From Eledone cirrhosa (lineage: Eukaryota), in assembly GCA_964016885.1 (NCBI GenBank), contig OZ024742.1:156054001-156118000 (forward strand): DNA of 64,000 nt. The letters run 5' to 3'. Of this stretch, positions 13,376 through 25,135 are shown piece after piece. The first letter of the stretch is position 1; each line of letters starts with the position of its first letter. Below the pieces are notes generated by a model. It saw nothing but the letters and a program-made list of their open reading frames with translations, was not told where the DNA came from and did not search any database. Made by a program: the position numbers and the translations under genes.

Positions 13376-15059
13376 CCTGCAATTGACAAGTTTGGATCAT
13401 TTCAAACTGGCAGCATAAACAAAAGATTCTACGTATATCAAGAAACATTAATTTTATTAGTATTCAATGGAATTGATTCTTTACTTACATACAAAAACAA
13501 AATGTATGAGGAAAGAAAATATGTGAAAATGATACTTTATTGTGGAGGTACGTTAGGTCTAAAACACCAGCTTCACCCAAAATCTTCTAGTGTCTCGGTT
13601 GGATTTAAAACTTACCTCACCATAAACGGCACAAATAACTTGTTATTTGATACCAGTGTATCATCAGTGTATATATTTTCCCTTTATATATAAATATTGT
13701 TAATATTATAAAGTGAAAACAAAGGAGAAAGTTAAATATGATTCAACGGAAATTAAGATACAGCTGATATTTTCTTAACACTGGCGGAAATTCAAAATGC
13801 ATTGCAGCAGGATTTGAAACCAGAGTAATCAGTTTAATACTGAACGGCATTTAAAACGATGCTTAATAGATGCTGCCAAAATGTCGCCTTGATTTTATTA
13901 CTAATATTACTTCTTGACATAAGAGAATTCTGTCTTGGCAGAAACTAAATATTTTACTAAATACTTTACAAAGTAAAATTATAATCAGATCAACGATGAC
14001 ATTACATCTATTTTCATCATGATGATATACCAGTGTAGAGCCAAGAATCAGTAGGCTTTTCCGTAAACCAGAATTGTCTAGAAACTGTAACGTTTCTAAC
14101 TCAGTACAACAGAGCGTTTGGTTACAAAATTCACATTCATATGAGTATTTATTTTGAGTCTACATTGTTGTTTTACCAGGAACCGATATTTCCCAATTAT
14201 AGATTGATACTGGAGAAGGAATTAATCAAATTTAATTCTTTTCTATAAACATAATAATCATAATTTATCAATTTAACTTTCATACAATTAATATATAACA
14301 TAACACAGTTGAAATATTTTATAATTTAATGAAATTCTGCAGAATATTTGATAAAAGGTTACGATGCAGCATTTATCAGAGATAAATTAAAAAAAAAATA
14401 TATCAGAACCAATTAGCTATGATTCTTTACATCAATATTGTTTTCAATGTTTATTCAACTTGTGTTATCATTATGCTTAATCAAATACGTTTATATTTAA
14501 ATAATGAATTTATTTGAATATAAAAATATTTGTCTGTCTTCTTATATAATACGGTTATACCAACAAAACAGTTGTTAAGTGCTGATCTGTATTTGTACAA
14601 TATTAATTAATGAAACAACAAATTGTTTTCGATGTGACTCATTACATTCCAAAATGTTTCGAATTATTGTTTCCTCTGAAATAAAAGAAGTACTACATTT
14701 TTGTTCAATAGTACTTCAACGATATAATGAATTATAGAGCTATCAATATGTGTGCTCTTAAAAGCCAACAGAATATTTCATAACCAGACTTTATTGTAGA
14801 TATAGGGGAATGGTATTAGTTATCTCGTGATATCGGTTCAATTCAATGACAAAAATGATGGTAAAATTGAAGCAAAGTGATAACATTCAGCCGGGATGTA
14901 TAATCAATCAGAGACAATTCAATTACATTACAGGTACATTATGTAACCAACCCCAGAAAGATGAAATCGACACTGGGGTGTTTTCATCTTACAGATTAAC
15001 AGGTGCCGCAAGACATTTCTGTTACCGACGCTCTATAAGTTCTGTCAATTAACGCGCTT

Positions 15060-15280
15060 AGTTTTGTTCTTCTGCTTTTGACAATTGTGTGGCAATTTTA
15101 GAGGCAGGATAATTGATTATATTGACCCCGCTTCGTGATTGGTTCTTTATCTTAGTGAATCAGAAGAATAGAAGCCAAAGTTGAACTCCGTCGCATTTGA
15201 ACTAAAAATAACAAAACAGAATTGGAACAAAGCATTTAGACCACACTCTCACGATTCTGCCTATCCGGCACCCTTATTAC
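15060..15280 (-). mobile_element. Old SINE family A copy
   Basis: Degenerate reverse-complement match including the B-box (ATTTGAACT). Confidence 0.5.
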
Positions 15281-15474
15281 AAACGTAATGAAAATGAAAA
15301 ATTCATGTGTCTTACTATTCTTAATTTTGTTTTTGTATTAGGAAAAGCAACTAACATTTCACATAACAGTATTCCTGCCAAATAGAAAGAAATAACAACA
15401 GAAAAGACGAGATTGCGACACGATCTTAAATAGCACGTTGATCAGTTTGTCCATTAATATGTTACCATGTTTAT

Positions 15475-15705
15475 GAGGGTGGTGGATAGGCCGTATCGGT
15501 AGAAAGTCCGACGCCATGATTTGCTGCAAAGAGTTACGGCCCTTTATGATCTGATTTCAAATCCCGCCGATGTTAACTTTGCCCTTCATCCTCACGGGGT
15601 CGATAAAATAAAGTACCAGTCACGCATTGGGGTCGATTTAATCGACTCCCCCCTCCCCCCCAAAAAAAAATCACTGGCCTTGTGCCTATATAAGAAACCA
15701 ATATT
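15475..15705 (+). mobile_element. SINE family A, near full length
   Basis: TTCAAATCCCGCCGATGTTAACTTTGCCCTTCATCCTCACGGGGTCGATAAAATAAAGTACCAGT. Confidence 0.85.
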
Positions 15706-15834
15706 TTACCATATTTATTTAAAAAGAAAAAAAACATGTCACCTTTACCTATTATCATTTCGTACCGACAAAATGAACTACTATTCAAGGACTGGGTTTG
15801 CTTTGTGCCGAAATTTGAGATTAATAATTATCGT

Positions 15835-16230
15835 GAATTTTTAAGAATTGGTAAAGCGTCGAGTAAAATCCCATTGCGGTATTTGTTTTTGTTCTTTACA
15901 CTCAGAGTTCAAATCCCACTGAGAGATATTTAACCTTTCATTCTGAAAGGGTCGATAACGTACAAGTCAATTACTAATGTAGATAAAGTCCACGTGCCCG
16001 TCCCTGAAATTTCTGGCCTTGTCCCAACATTTGGAAATATTATTTACTACTGGTGGATTGGCACGATTCGTTTAGTTATTTATTTTGATTCTTTATTACC
16101 ATTCTAAATCTGTTAGAGTTCAACTTTGCTTTCATCTTTCAAAGATCAATAAGATAAAATGCCATGATATACTGTGGCAGATTTACTCGAGTTTCCTTAC
16201 CCGCAAAACTTTTCGCCTATGTCTAAAAGA
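15835..16230 (+). mobile_element. Two tandem old SINE family A copies
   Basis: GAGTTCAAATCCC..CCTTTCAT..GGGTCGATAA..CTGGCCTTGTCCC, followed by a more degenerate second copy. Confidence 0.55.
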
Positions 16231-17469
16231 AAAAAAAATTGCTCTCGATGTATTCAGTGGTGTTTATAAGAAACAAATATCAATTATGCATACGCAGAAT
16301 TGTTTTAGATTCTTCACATTGAAGATACAAGAGAATAAGTCATTTGTACATGTTAATATCAATTACAGACTTGAGAAACTATTTTTGAGAATATTTAAGT
16401 AGATAACAAATGTAACTTAAGTATGGCGTTTTAATTATACGAGAAATATTTTCTAACAAAGACGTATGTGATATTATACGTTTTGAAGGTACTTGTGTCA
16501 AATAGAAACCTAAAAAAATTGAGGTATACAATTAATCACATTAAATTAATATAAAGTTGACTTTCCTTTCAGAATTTTTTCATTTTATTTATTTATTTAT
16601 TTTTTGTTTCATATATATGTCAATTAATTCATGAAATGAAATTCAGAAGATTTTGGCGTGAGGAGATATTACTTTAATTAATTTGTTACATACAGGACAC
16701 TGACATTAATTTCAAAAAGCCTCTAATCATTATTTCTTTATCGCCGAATCTTACGGTCTTTTTAGTATTTTAAGAAATGCTTTATTTTATCTATTTATGT
16801 TAAAATTTTTTTCTTCAGATTTCCCTAATTATTTTTTCTATTAAAATATTGATTACATACAAAGTTTAATGATAGTGATCATTAATTTAATCACAGCCTT
16901 AAAGACAGTTTTATGCACAACCTAACATGCACGCATAAAGCCATGCACACCCACACATATATATGTGTGTGTGTTGCTGTGTGTGTCAGATCATTTTGCT
17001 TCAGTGATTAGTGAGGTAGTTCGTATTTCTACTTGATATTAGGCAGGTGGACCTATATTTCTAGAATGTTGACGAAAGTGTCATAGGTTTTTTTGTTTTT
17101 TTTCAGACTTTCAATCCAGGCAAAACATTTTTGGTACTTTGTAGGTACATACAGTATGTAACACTCAGCATTTATTTAGATTTAATCGACTATAATTGTA
17201 GATCCAGAATATGTAGGATTGAACAAATTCTAGGCAAAAATATCATTAAGTTATTTCGACAAAGCAACTTGCCTAATTGTATATAGAATTGTTTCCACAC
17301 AGTATAAATATGTTAGCGTTTTTATTGAAACAGAAGAAATTAAAAATGTGATGTATATAAATATTATAAAGGGTTTTATAACATAACCACACTTTAGTAC
17401 ACCGAGTATCGAGTACTCTGGTGAGTAATGTTCTAACCAGTTTATAACTGAATCCATCCTGATTTATAT

Positions 17470-18222
17470 ATATGAGAGACGTAAAATAAGAAAATTATAA
17501 AATTAACTTACTTACTAAAATTTCACTCTTGGAGTGAAATTTTAGTAAGTAAGTTAATTTTATAATTTTCTTATTTTACGTCTCTCATATTATTGTTCTG
17601 CATCCGCATGCATTGAACCACAAAGTTACTAAGACAAAACCTATATATTTGCTAGCATAAGTATGCATCTGTGTATATATATGTTACTAGATATACTAAT
17701 TCTTTATAATTACCTCCAAATTATTTTGTCGAGCAAAAATTGGCCAAAACTGCTACTATAGTAACAGTCCGGCTGCTGGCTTCTTAACAAACCACTCTTC
17801 ACTGATTGACCTCGATGTCACGTAATTGATTCTTTTGAATTTGCCACCTACGCAGTAGGCAGCGATTTTCTCAATGGCTTGGAATTTAGTCCACGCTTTG
17901 CTTTTTTCCATCCACTGAATTATTTTTGATAAGTTCCCTGTGTCCACGTATTGCCTGGAAACTTAGCTGAGAATAGACTTCCCTGATGACGAAAGGCTTC
18001 TCTGTACGTTTCTTCGGAAAGTATGTTTATTCCCTTTCAGAAACTAATTAGTTGGAGTGAAATTTTAGTAAGTAAGTTAATTTTATATTTTACGTCTCTC
18101 ATATTATTGTTCTGCATCCCCATGCATTGAACCACAAAGTTACTAAGACAAAACCTATATATTTGCTAGCATAACTATGCATATGTATATATATATGTTA
18201 CTAGATATACTAATTCTTTATA
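17470..18222 (+). mobile_element. Non-coding foldback plus partial-tandem element (PLE pLTR/retrozyme-like)
   Basis: Perfect 59-bp arms 17470-17528 and 17532-17590. Direct repeat 17529-17708 / 18052-18222. CTGATGA-CGAA..TTCG-GAAA at 17983-18020. TA runs on both sides. Confidence 0.7.
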
Positions 18223-19849
18223 TATATATATATATATTAAACAACATAGCAAGAACTATAATACATACTTCCCACTAAATTGCCTAAAGCAATTCGCTGG
18301 GGATACTACCTGTAGAATTACATATTATAGTATTTAATTTTAAACACCTTGAATACAGAAATGATACGTTGACTAAAGTAGTCCTTAATATCTAAATCAA
18401 TATGGTGTGTTGACTAGTGCAATCTTACCCTTCTTTATCAGAGGTAATTTGAAGTTAGAAAACAACACCTCGGTTCCCCTTTTTGTTGATCGATTTCTTT
18501 TCGACAATGCCTACTATTTTAGAAAAGATTACAGAAACCACTCAATTGAACTAGGTTTACAAATATTCCCTTGACATTACTGCAAAGAAAATTGTATTGA
18601 AATGCTGTCAACATATTATATATAAGCACCTATGACACGACAATAGCGTATGTAATATTTAAGATAGAGAAATCGCTTCTACGTAGAAAGTTATCTACAA
18701 GAATCAGATTGGCATAGAAACACAATCGAAACTGAAGCAACAGTGTTATGTTTGGCTTGAAACTGTCTTGTATGAAAACACTTAAGATTAAGAAAATAAA
18801 TTGACCTGCTTAGCATATTTTCAGAAGAAATCTCATAAGATTGTATTTACTTCTGATAGCGAATTTCCTACCTGATTCAAGAGCATGGATTCTCTAAAAT
18901 AGAGACACATGTCAAAAGTTATTAATGACAATAGACACGGAAAATTCAATACATCATTACATCATAAATCATATTGGATTAAACATCGATTACTTAGCTA
19001 GTCCGTTCCATTAGTGAATGTTATAATAAATAACAAATAACTCTCCAAATAACATAGAATCCTGATTAACTGAAAAAACGAAAAATACATCAAATTCTAT
19101 AGTATGTTACTTTTGTTATAATGGAGCAATAAATAGAAATGGATTTGACAAAGGTGAGTGCAGAGTTACTCAAATGTCATGGATATATTTTATAGAAAAG
19201 GAAAAGATGAAAAGGAGGAAGAGTATATGATTTTATCTAGAACAAGAACAATATGTGAGATGAACACATATGTGTTTAATTTAAATCCAACCAATGAACT
19301 AATGAATTTTTCTTAGAAAGATATTCGAACATTATAGAAAGGAGAATATGAATACTTTTATCTGTTAACAATCATTCCAAGCATGGGACAATGCATACAA
19401 ATTTGATGATTGTATATAAACAAAGGAAAATTCAACCGATATAAAATAAATATGTATATAACTTTCGAATTAATGATGCCGTATTTATTCCCAATCTCCA
19501 AATTGAAACCAACATTATATTCAAATGCATGAAATAGTCCAGAATCTTCTATCCTACACGCTAATACATATAGGGTTTTACAATTCATATTTATATGTAT
19601 AATATGAAATCGCCAAACAGAAACAAAGAATAAAAAATTGTTCGCATGTCCTTTATTCCACACATGCATATAAGCACAAACAATATATATATATAATTAT
19701 ACATTTGTGTACAGATATGTTTGCATACACTATAACAAAATATAAACAAACGTATTTATTTCACGAGGCTCGATAAGGATAAATATATATCAAATATATA
19801 AGAACCCTAAAGCAAATCATGAGCAACGCCGGGCCATTCTGCTAGTCTA

Positions 19850-21310
19850 TATTAAAATAACAGATTAAAGTTTAAGCAAAGAATCGCTGCTTTCACCCTT
19901 AACGGGATCTTCTGAAACTAAAATAAATTAATATATGAACGCAGAAGTAAATATTTCAAAAAACAGGATGATGACTTCTTTTCTATCTTGAAGCTTTCGC
20001 CAGTGTTCATGTATCCGTACTAATATAGTACGAGCTGTCTCACCTATGTACACTATATTCTTATCTCTACAGTGTCCTTCAGTACATCTTATGCTATATA
20101 CTACATTTCTAGTTTTACAGTTAATATGGGGGCTTAGTTTACAGATTTTACATTTTTTATCTATACAGGGAGGTCTTTGAAAAGGGTATGGATTGCTAAT
20201 AAGTGTTTTTTTATGGAGGTACCTGGTCTTTCTACTATCTTAATATTGAGTTTATGTTTATCTAGGGCCCTCCTAAATGTGTGAGCTAATTCACCCTTAG
20301 GGGTTGTATTGATGAGCATTAGACTCTGGTATTTATTGCTATCATACCATGAGTTTATTATATTAACCTTATTCCTAGTTCTTTCTATTCTATTCCAAAA
20401 TTTGCTCCTGTACAAGGGGAAGGTCCCATTTGTATCATTATTTACCATTTTTCCCATTTGGTTCTGGCCCCTCTATATACTCTGATTTTATCTCTCTGAT
20501 TGTAACCAGAGAACTGCATACGGTGGATGAAGTGTTGTATGTGTCTCTCTAGTTCTTTGGGGTTGCACATGCGGGACACGTTTCTCATCACCCGTACCAA
20601 ATCCGCAATCAGTATGTTGAACTCGGTGTGGTCCGAAACAGCTGTGTTTCGGTGGATAAGATATTTGGAAGACATGGGTTTGGCATAATGGGAATGGAGG
20701 ATTTGTTTTGTTTTATTAATGGTTTCTAACCAGAGTTCTGTGTCTAGTACAGGTAATCGATGGTTGGGGTTTTTGCTCGGGTAGTCTATAGTAACTCTAA
20801 TACTCTGGTGGATGGAGTTAGCTATTTGCTGGATGCTTTCCATGGTGTTTATCTCTAATTCCTGACTGTTCTCTAGTGGGGGTATTTTTACTATGATGTT
20901 TATATCATCAACGTAGCGGGAGTACATTATCAGGGTTAAGAGGTTGCTGTCTTCTCATTGTTCTTTAAGTTTAAGTTTAAGTCTATTGTCCCACCATACC
21001 ATGAATAGGTTAGCTACGTCACCTGAAATGCTAACACCAATGGCTGCTCCCTCCTCTTGGGCATATGTTTTTCCATTAACTTTGAACATATGTTCCCTAA
21101 GTGTTAATTGTATACTGCCCCCCACCGCATGTGCAATCATTTTCTTTAGTTCATCGTGGTTTTCGGGGTAATGATTATCTAGATACATATAGATAAATGA
21201 TTATCTAGATACATATGTCTTTAGCAACCTGTGCCCTACAAGACCAGCAAGAGGCAGACCACCTATAATTAACTCAATGGCCTGAAAACCCACACAGATA
21301 GATGGAACGG
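19850..21310 (-). mobile_element. 5'-truncated Penelope-like element with C-terminal GIY-YIG (pseudogenised)
   Basis: ORFs 20955-21188 (YAQEEGAAIGVSISGDVANLFM), 20442-20927 (YSRYVDDI, LPVLD) and 20161-20457, then CKIC..NCKTRNVVYSIRC..YIGETARTI..RIHEH at ~19995-20155. Confidence 0.92.
19869..19919 (-). ncRNA. Minimal hammerhead-like motif (CAGAAGA core)
   Basis: Identical to 2517-2567 and at the 3' end of the PLE. Confidence 0.65.
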
Positions 21311-22121
21311 GTAGACCGTTTAATTTTAATTATAAGGTGGGTTGATCCTTTAGGCACTCAAACTGTTTAATCATAAATTCTTTAATAATTATAACTATAA
21401 TTATTTTATGAATTATATTGTTGTCAATATTATAAATAATTTTGGTAAAGATTACCTTCATGAGGGTATAAAACATTACATATTTTCTTTCTCGTTTTTC
21501 GTAAATCCTTTAAATTTGTTTTCATAAAATTCGAATTTTAGAAATTAAACTTGATAGTATAATATAATATTAATATGGATTAACTTTTAAAACCTAAAAT
21601 ATTACTCATTACTCTGAAATAACTTAAATTAAATATTTTGAATATTAACGGTCAAATAAATAAGTTTGGATATATATTGCATATATGGATAATTGTCTAT
21701 AAACTTGAACATAAATTACCCCGCCCCCCGTTGTCTCTCTCTCTCTTTAATCATCTCTCATTTGTTTTTCGAGGCACCTACTAAATATATTATCACATAA
21801 TCTGTTTCTTCCTCTATGCTTTCCTTTCTTTCCTCTTTCTTCAGTAGTTTAAAAAAAAAATGTTTAACTGTTATATTGATGCCATGTATTTTTTAAGCTC
21901 TCTATTGTTTGTATTATATATGTTTCTCACGTTCTCAATATTAGGGTATAAATATTGAGTTTTGTCATATGTCAATCACTACCATGACTGAATCTTAACC
22001 ATCTACTATATCAGGGTTTGTCATGCATCATCGTATTTTATCTGATGAGTACGTACTGTTGAACTTAACTCAGTATCTCTGAAATATGTATAATAAAATA
22101 TACTTGATCACAAGAATATAT

Positions 22122-23510
22122 GGTATAGGGTCTTTAAAGCGAAGAAATATTGATGAAGGTTGTAAGATCACTGATGAAGGACCACTTTATTCATATGTAA
22201 CCCATTTGCAACTCCGCTACACGTTTATTCTCATATTTACACATATTTTTCCCCAGCTGTGACCGGTCTATTTCGTTCTTACTGCTTCCTCTTTCTCTGT
22301 ATCTTTACCCTCTCTAACAGTCAATCTCTCTGTTAGCCTCTTCCTCACCCTTCACTCACTCACTCTCTATTACTACCTCTCCTCCTCCTCCTCCTTCTTC
22401 CCGTTTGACCTGTGCGTAATTCTTTTCTTTCGCACGCTTGGCCAGGCCGGTTCGCCTTTTTTCTCTCTCTCGTCTACGATTTCACAGAATTTATGTTCAC
22501 CGATCTCACGGACTAGACCCCTTCTTCCTCCCGTTAGACCTGTGCGGATTTCCTTCCTTGCTCACATTTCAACCAGGTTTGATGGTCTTTATTCTCTCTC
22601 ATTCACGCTTTCACCGAACTTATATTCATGGAAATTTGGGACTTGACTCGTTCTTCCTCACTTTTCGTTGCTGCACCATCTTTGATTGTTTACAGTCTCG
22701 CTGTTCCCTTTATTTACGTGTCCCAACGACTTTCTTTAGCCGTTGCTCGCACCAACGGGAGGTATATGGCCTTTAAAGCGAAGAAATACCGATGATGGTT
22801 GGAAGATAACTGATGAAGGACCACTTTATTCATATGTAACCCATTTGCAACTTCACAGCACGTTTATTCTCATATTTACACATATTATCCCCCCGCTGTG
22901 ACCCGTCTATTTCGTTCTTACTGCTTCCTCTTTCTCTGTATCTTTACCCTCTCTAACAGTCACTCTCTCTGTTAGCCTCTTCCTCACCCTTCACTCACTC
23001 ACTCTCTGTTACTACCTCTCCTCCTCCTCCTTCTTCCCGTTTGACCTGTGCGTAATTATTTTCTTTCGCACGCTTGGCCAGGTCGGTTCGCCTTTTTTCT
23101 CTCTCTCGTCTACGATTTCACAGAACTTATGTTCACCGAATTCACGGACTAGACCCCTTCTTCCTCCCGTTAGACCTGTGCGGATTTCCTTCCTTGTTCA
23201 CATTTCAACCAGGTTTGATGGTCTTTATTCTCTCTCGTTCACGATTTCACCAAACTTATATTCATGGAAATTTGGGACTTGACTCGTTCTTCCTCACTTT
23301 TCGTTGCTGCACCATCTTTGTTTGTTTACACTCTCGCTGTTCCCTTTATTTACGTGTCCCAACGCCTTTCTTTAGCCATTGCTCGCACCAACCGGAGGTA
23401 TATGGTCTTTAAAGCGAAGAAATACCGATGATGGTTGGAAGATCACTGATGAAGGACCACTTCATTCATATGTAACCCATTTGCAACTCCGCAGCACGTT
23501 TATTCTTATA
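22122..23510 (+). repeat. ~636-639-bp tandem repeat, ~2.2 units
   Basis: CTTTAAAGCGAAGAAATA at 22132, 22771 and 23407. Paralogous ORFs at 22438 and 23074 are 636 bp apart. Related dispersed copy at ~28660-28915. Confidence 0.95.
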
Positions 23511-23599
23511 TATAGATATATTCCTAACGATCGACTTTCGTCAAATCGGACCGAGGAAACAGTGTTTCCATTGGTCTTTCCAATTGGTAATAATATCTA

Positions 23600-23695
23600 T
23601 CGGTCGCAACTCCAGGTAGAAGGTGCAACGTGAAATAAAGTGTCTTGCCCAAGGACATAACGCATCGCCCGGTCCAGGAATCGAACTCATAACCT
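23600..23695 (-). mobile_element. CORE-like tRNA-derived SINE fragment
   Basis: The - strand reads GGTTATGAGTTCGATTCCTGG..GCGTTATGTCCTTGGGCAAGACACTTTA. Confidence 0.7.
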
Positions 23696-23718
23696 ATATA
23701 TATATATATATATATACA

Positions 23719-23812
<94 letters not shown>

Positions 23813-24030
23813 TAATCGGAGTAGAAAATGCTGACAAATTGTTCACAGTTGAAAAATAGTTTAATTAGGAATAAAAGAGTATTAGTAATTGTATGGGTTA
23901 GTATTCAGTTGCGGTTATAAGTTTTAAAGTTTTAACGGGTTGCGCATTTCTAAATGCTTTTCAAAAATAATTTTGAGATAGAGTGTCCGTGTTGTTTGCT
24001 CTGATCTGATTAGTTTTGGGAATTCTACCT

Positions 24031-24278
24031 GTTTTTATGTTAAAAGAGTGGCTCCAGCGCTACTTTGGTGTTGCAAAAATGATTGTGGTCAAAACAATTT
24101 TAATTGGTCGGTAGAGGTCATGTGAATGTAAAAAATTGATTTTGCGCCAAGACTGTTTTTATGTTAAAAAAGTGGCTCCAGCGCTAATTGGTGTTGCAAA
24201 AATTCTTGTGGTCAAAGCAATTTTGATTGGTCGGTAGAGGTCGTGTGAATTTGAAAAATTGATTTTGCGCCAAGACTG
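24031..24278. repeat. ~124-bp tandem duplication in a putative inverted pLTR
   Basis: GTTTTTATGTTAAAA..GTGGCTCCAGCGCTA..GATTTTGCGCCAAGACT occurs twice. Confidence 0.9.
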
Positions 24279-24414
24279 AGAAATGACTCTTTCACAACAA
24301 ATATGTGTGTGTGTGTGTGTGTAGTAGTAGTAAAGTGTTCGATGTTGTGATAATGGTTAGCAGGGATGTGTGTGCGAACCGCAGCCTGTTGACAGTTCAA
24401 ATGGCTATTAAGAT

Positions 24415-24458
<44 letters not shown>

Positions 24459-24467
24459 GTGTGTGTG

Positions 24468-24505
<38 letters not shown>

Positions 24506-24506
<1 letters not shown>

Positions 24507-25135
24507 ATAATTACCACAATGAACTCCCACAACGCATCAAAAAAGAATTCGTGATAGAGGGACTCAATTTTATCTTGGAGAACAATTACTTCGTTTTCAA
24601 TAACAAACCCTACAGCAGAAATCTGGGACCGCTATGGGAACGAAAACAGCCCCCACTTATGCCAACCTAGTCATGGGATACCTGCAAATCACCCTCTACA
24701 CTAAAGTCCTAAACAAATTTGGAAACACTCTCCACTTACACATTGAAAGGAACTGGAAGCGATATCTAGATGACTGCGTCATCCTTTGGCACGAAAACAT
24801 CGAAAAACTTAAAGAATTTCACACCCTTATAAATTGGCTCAACACGAATATTAACTTCACGATGGAATACAGCCATCAACAACTCCCTTTCCTCGACATC
24901 CTCATTAAGATCCATAACAAAAAAATAGAAACAGACATATACTACAAGCCCACAGACTCCAAGCAATATCTTCCTTTCATATCTTGCCACCCTAGACACG
25001 TTAAAATTAATATTCCCTACAACTTAGCCAAGAGAATCTGTACTATAGTCTCCAATAAAAACATCTGCTACTTACGGCTACAAGAACTAAAGGACACACT
25101 CATAGGCAGGGACTACCCTGCATCACTAATATTTG
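24506..25135 (+). pseudogene. PLE (Neptune-like) RT fragment
   Basis: FILENNYFVFN / MGTKTAPTYANLVMG..WKRYLDD..LPFLD..YYKPTDSKQYL..SCHP..NIPYNLAKRI, with one frameshift. Paralogous to 60482-61411. Confidence 0.93.

Noticed and set aside
22042-22095. CTGATGA..GAAA hammerhead candidate (also ~6838, ~33230, ~55530)
   Set aside because: Stems I and III, or the GAAA, cannot be formed convincingly.
22438-23412. Duplicated 112-aa ORFs
   Set aside because: TTG starts, pyrimidine-rich and no recognisable domain; a by-product of the tandem repeat.
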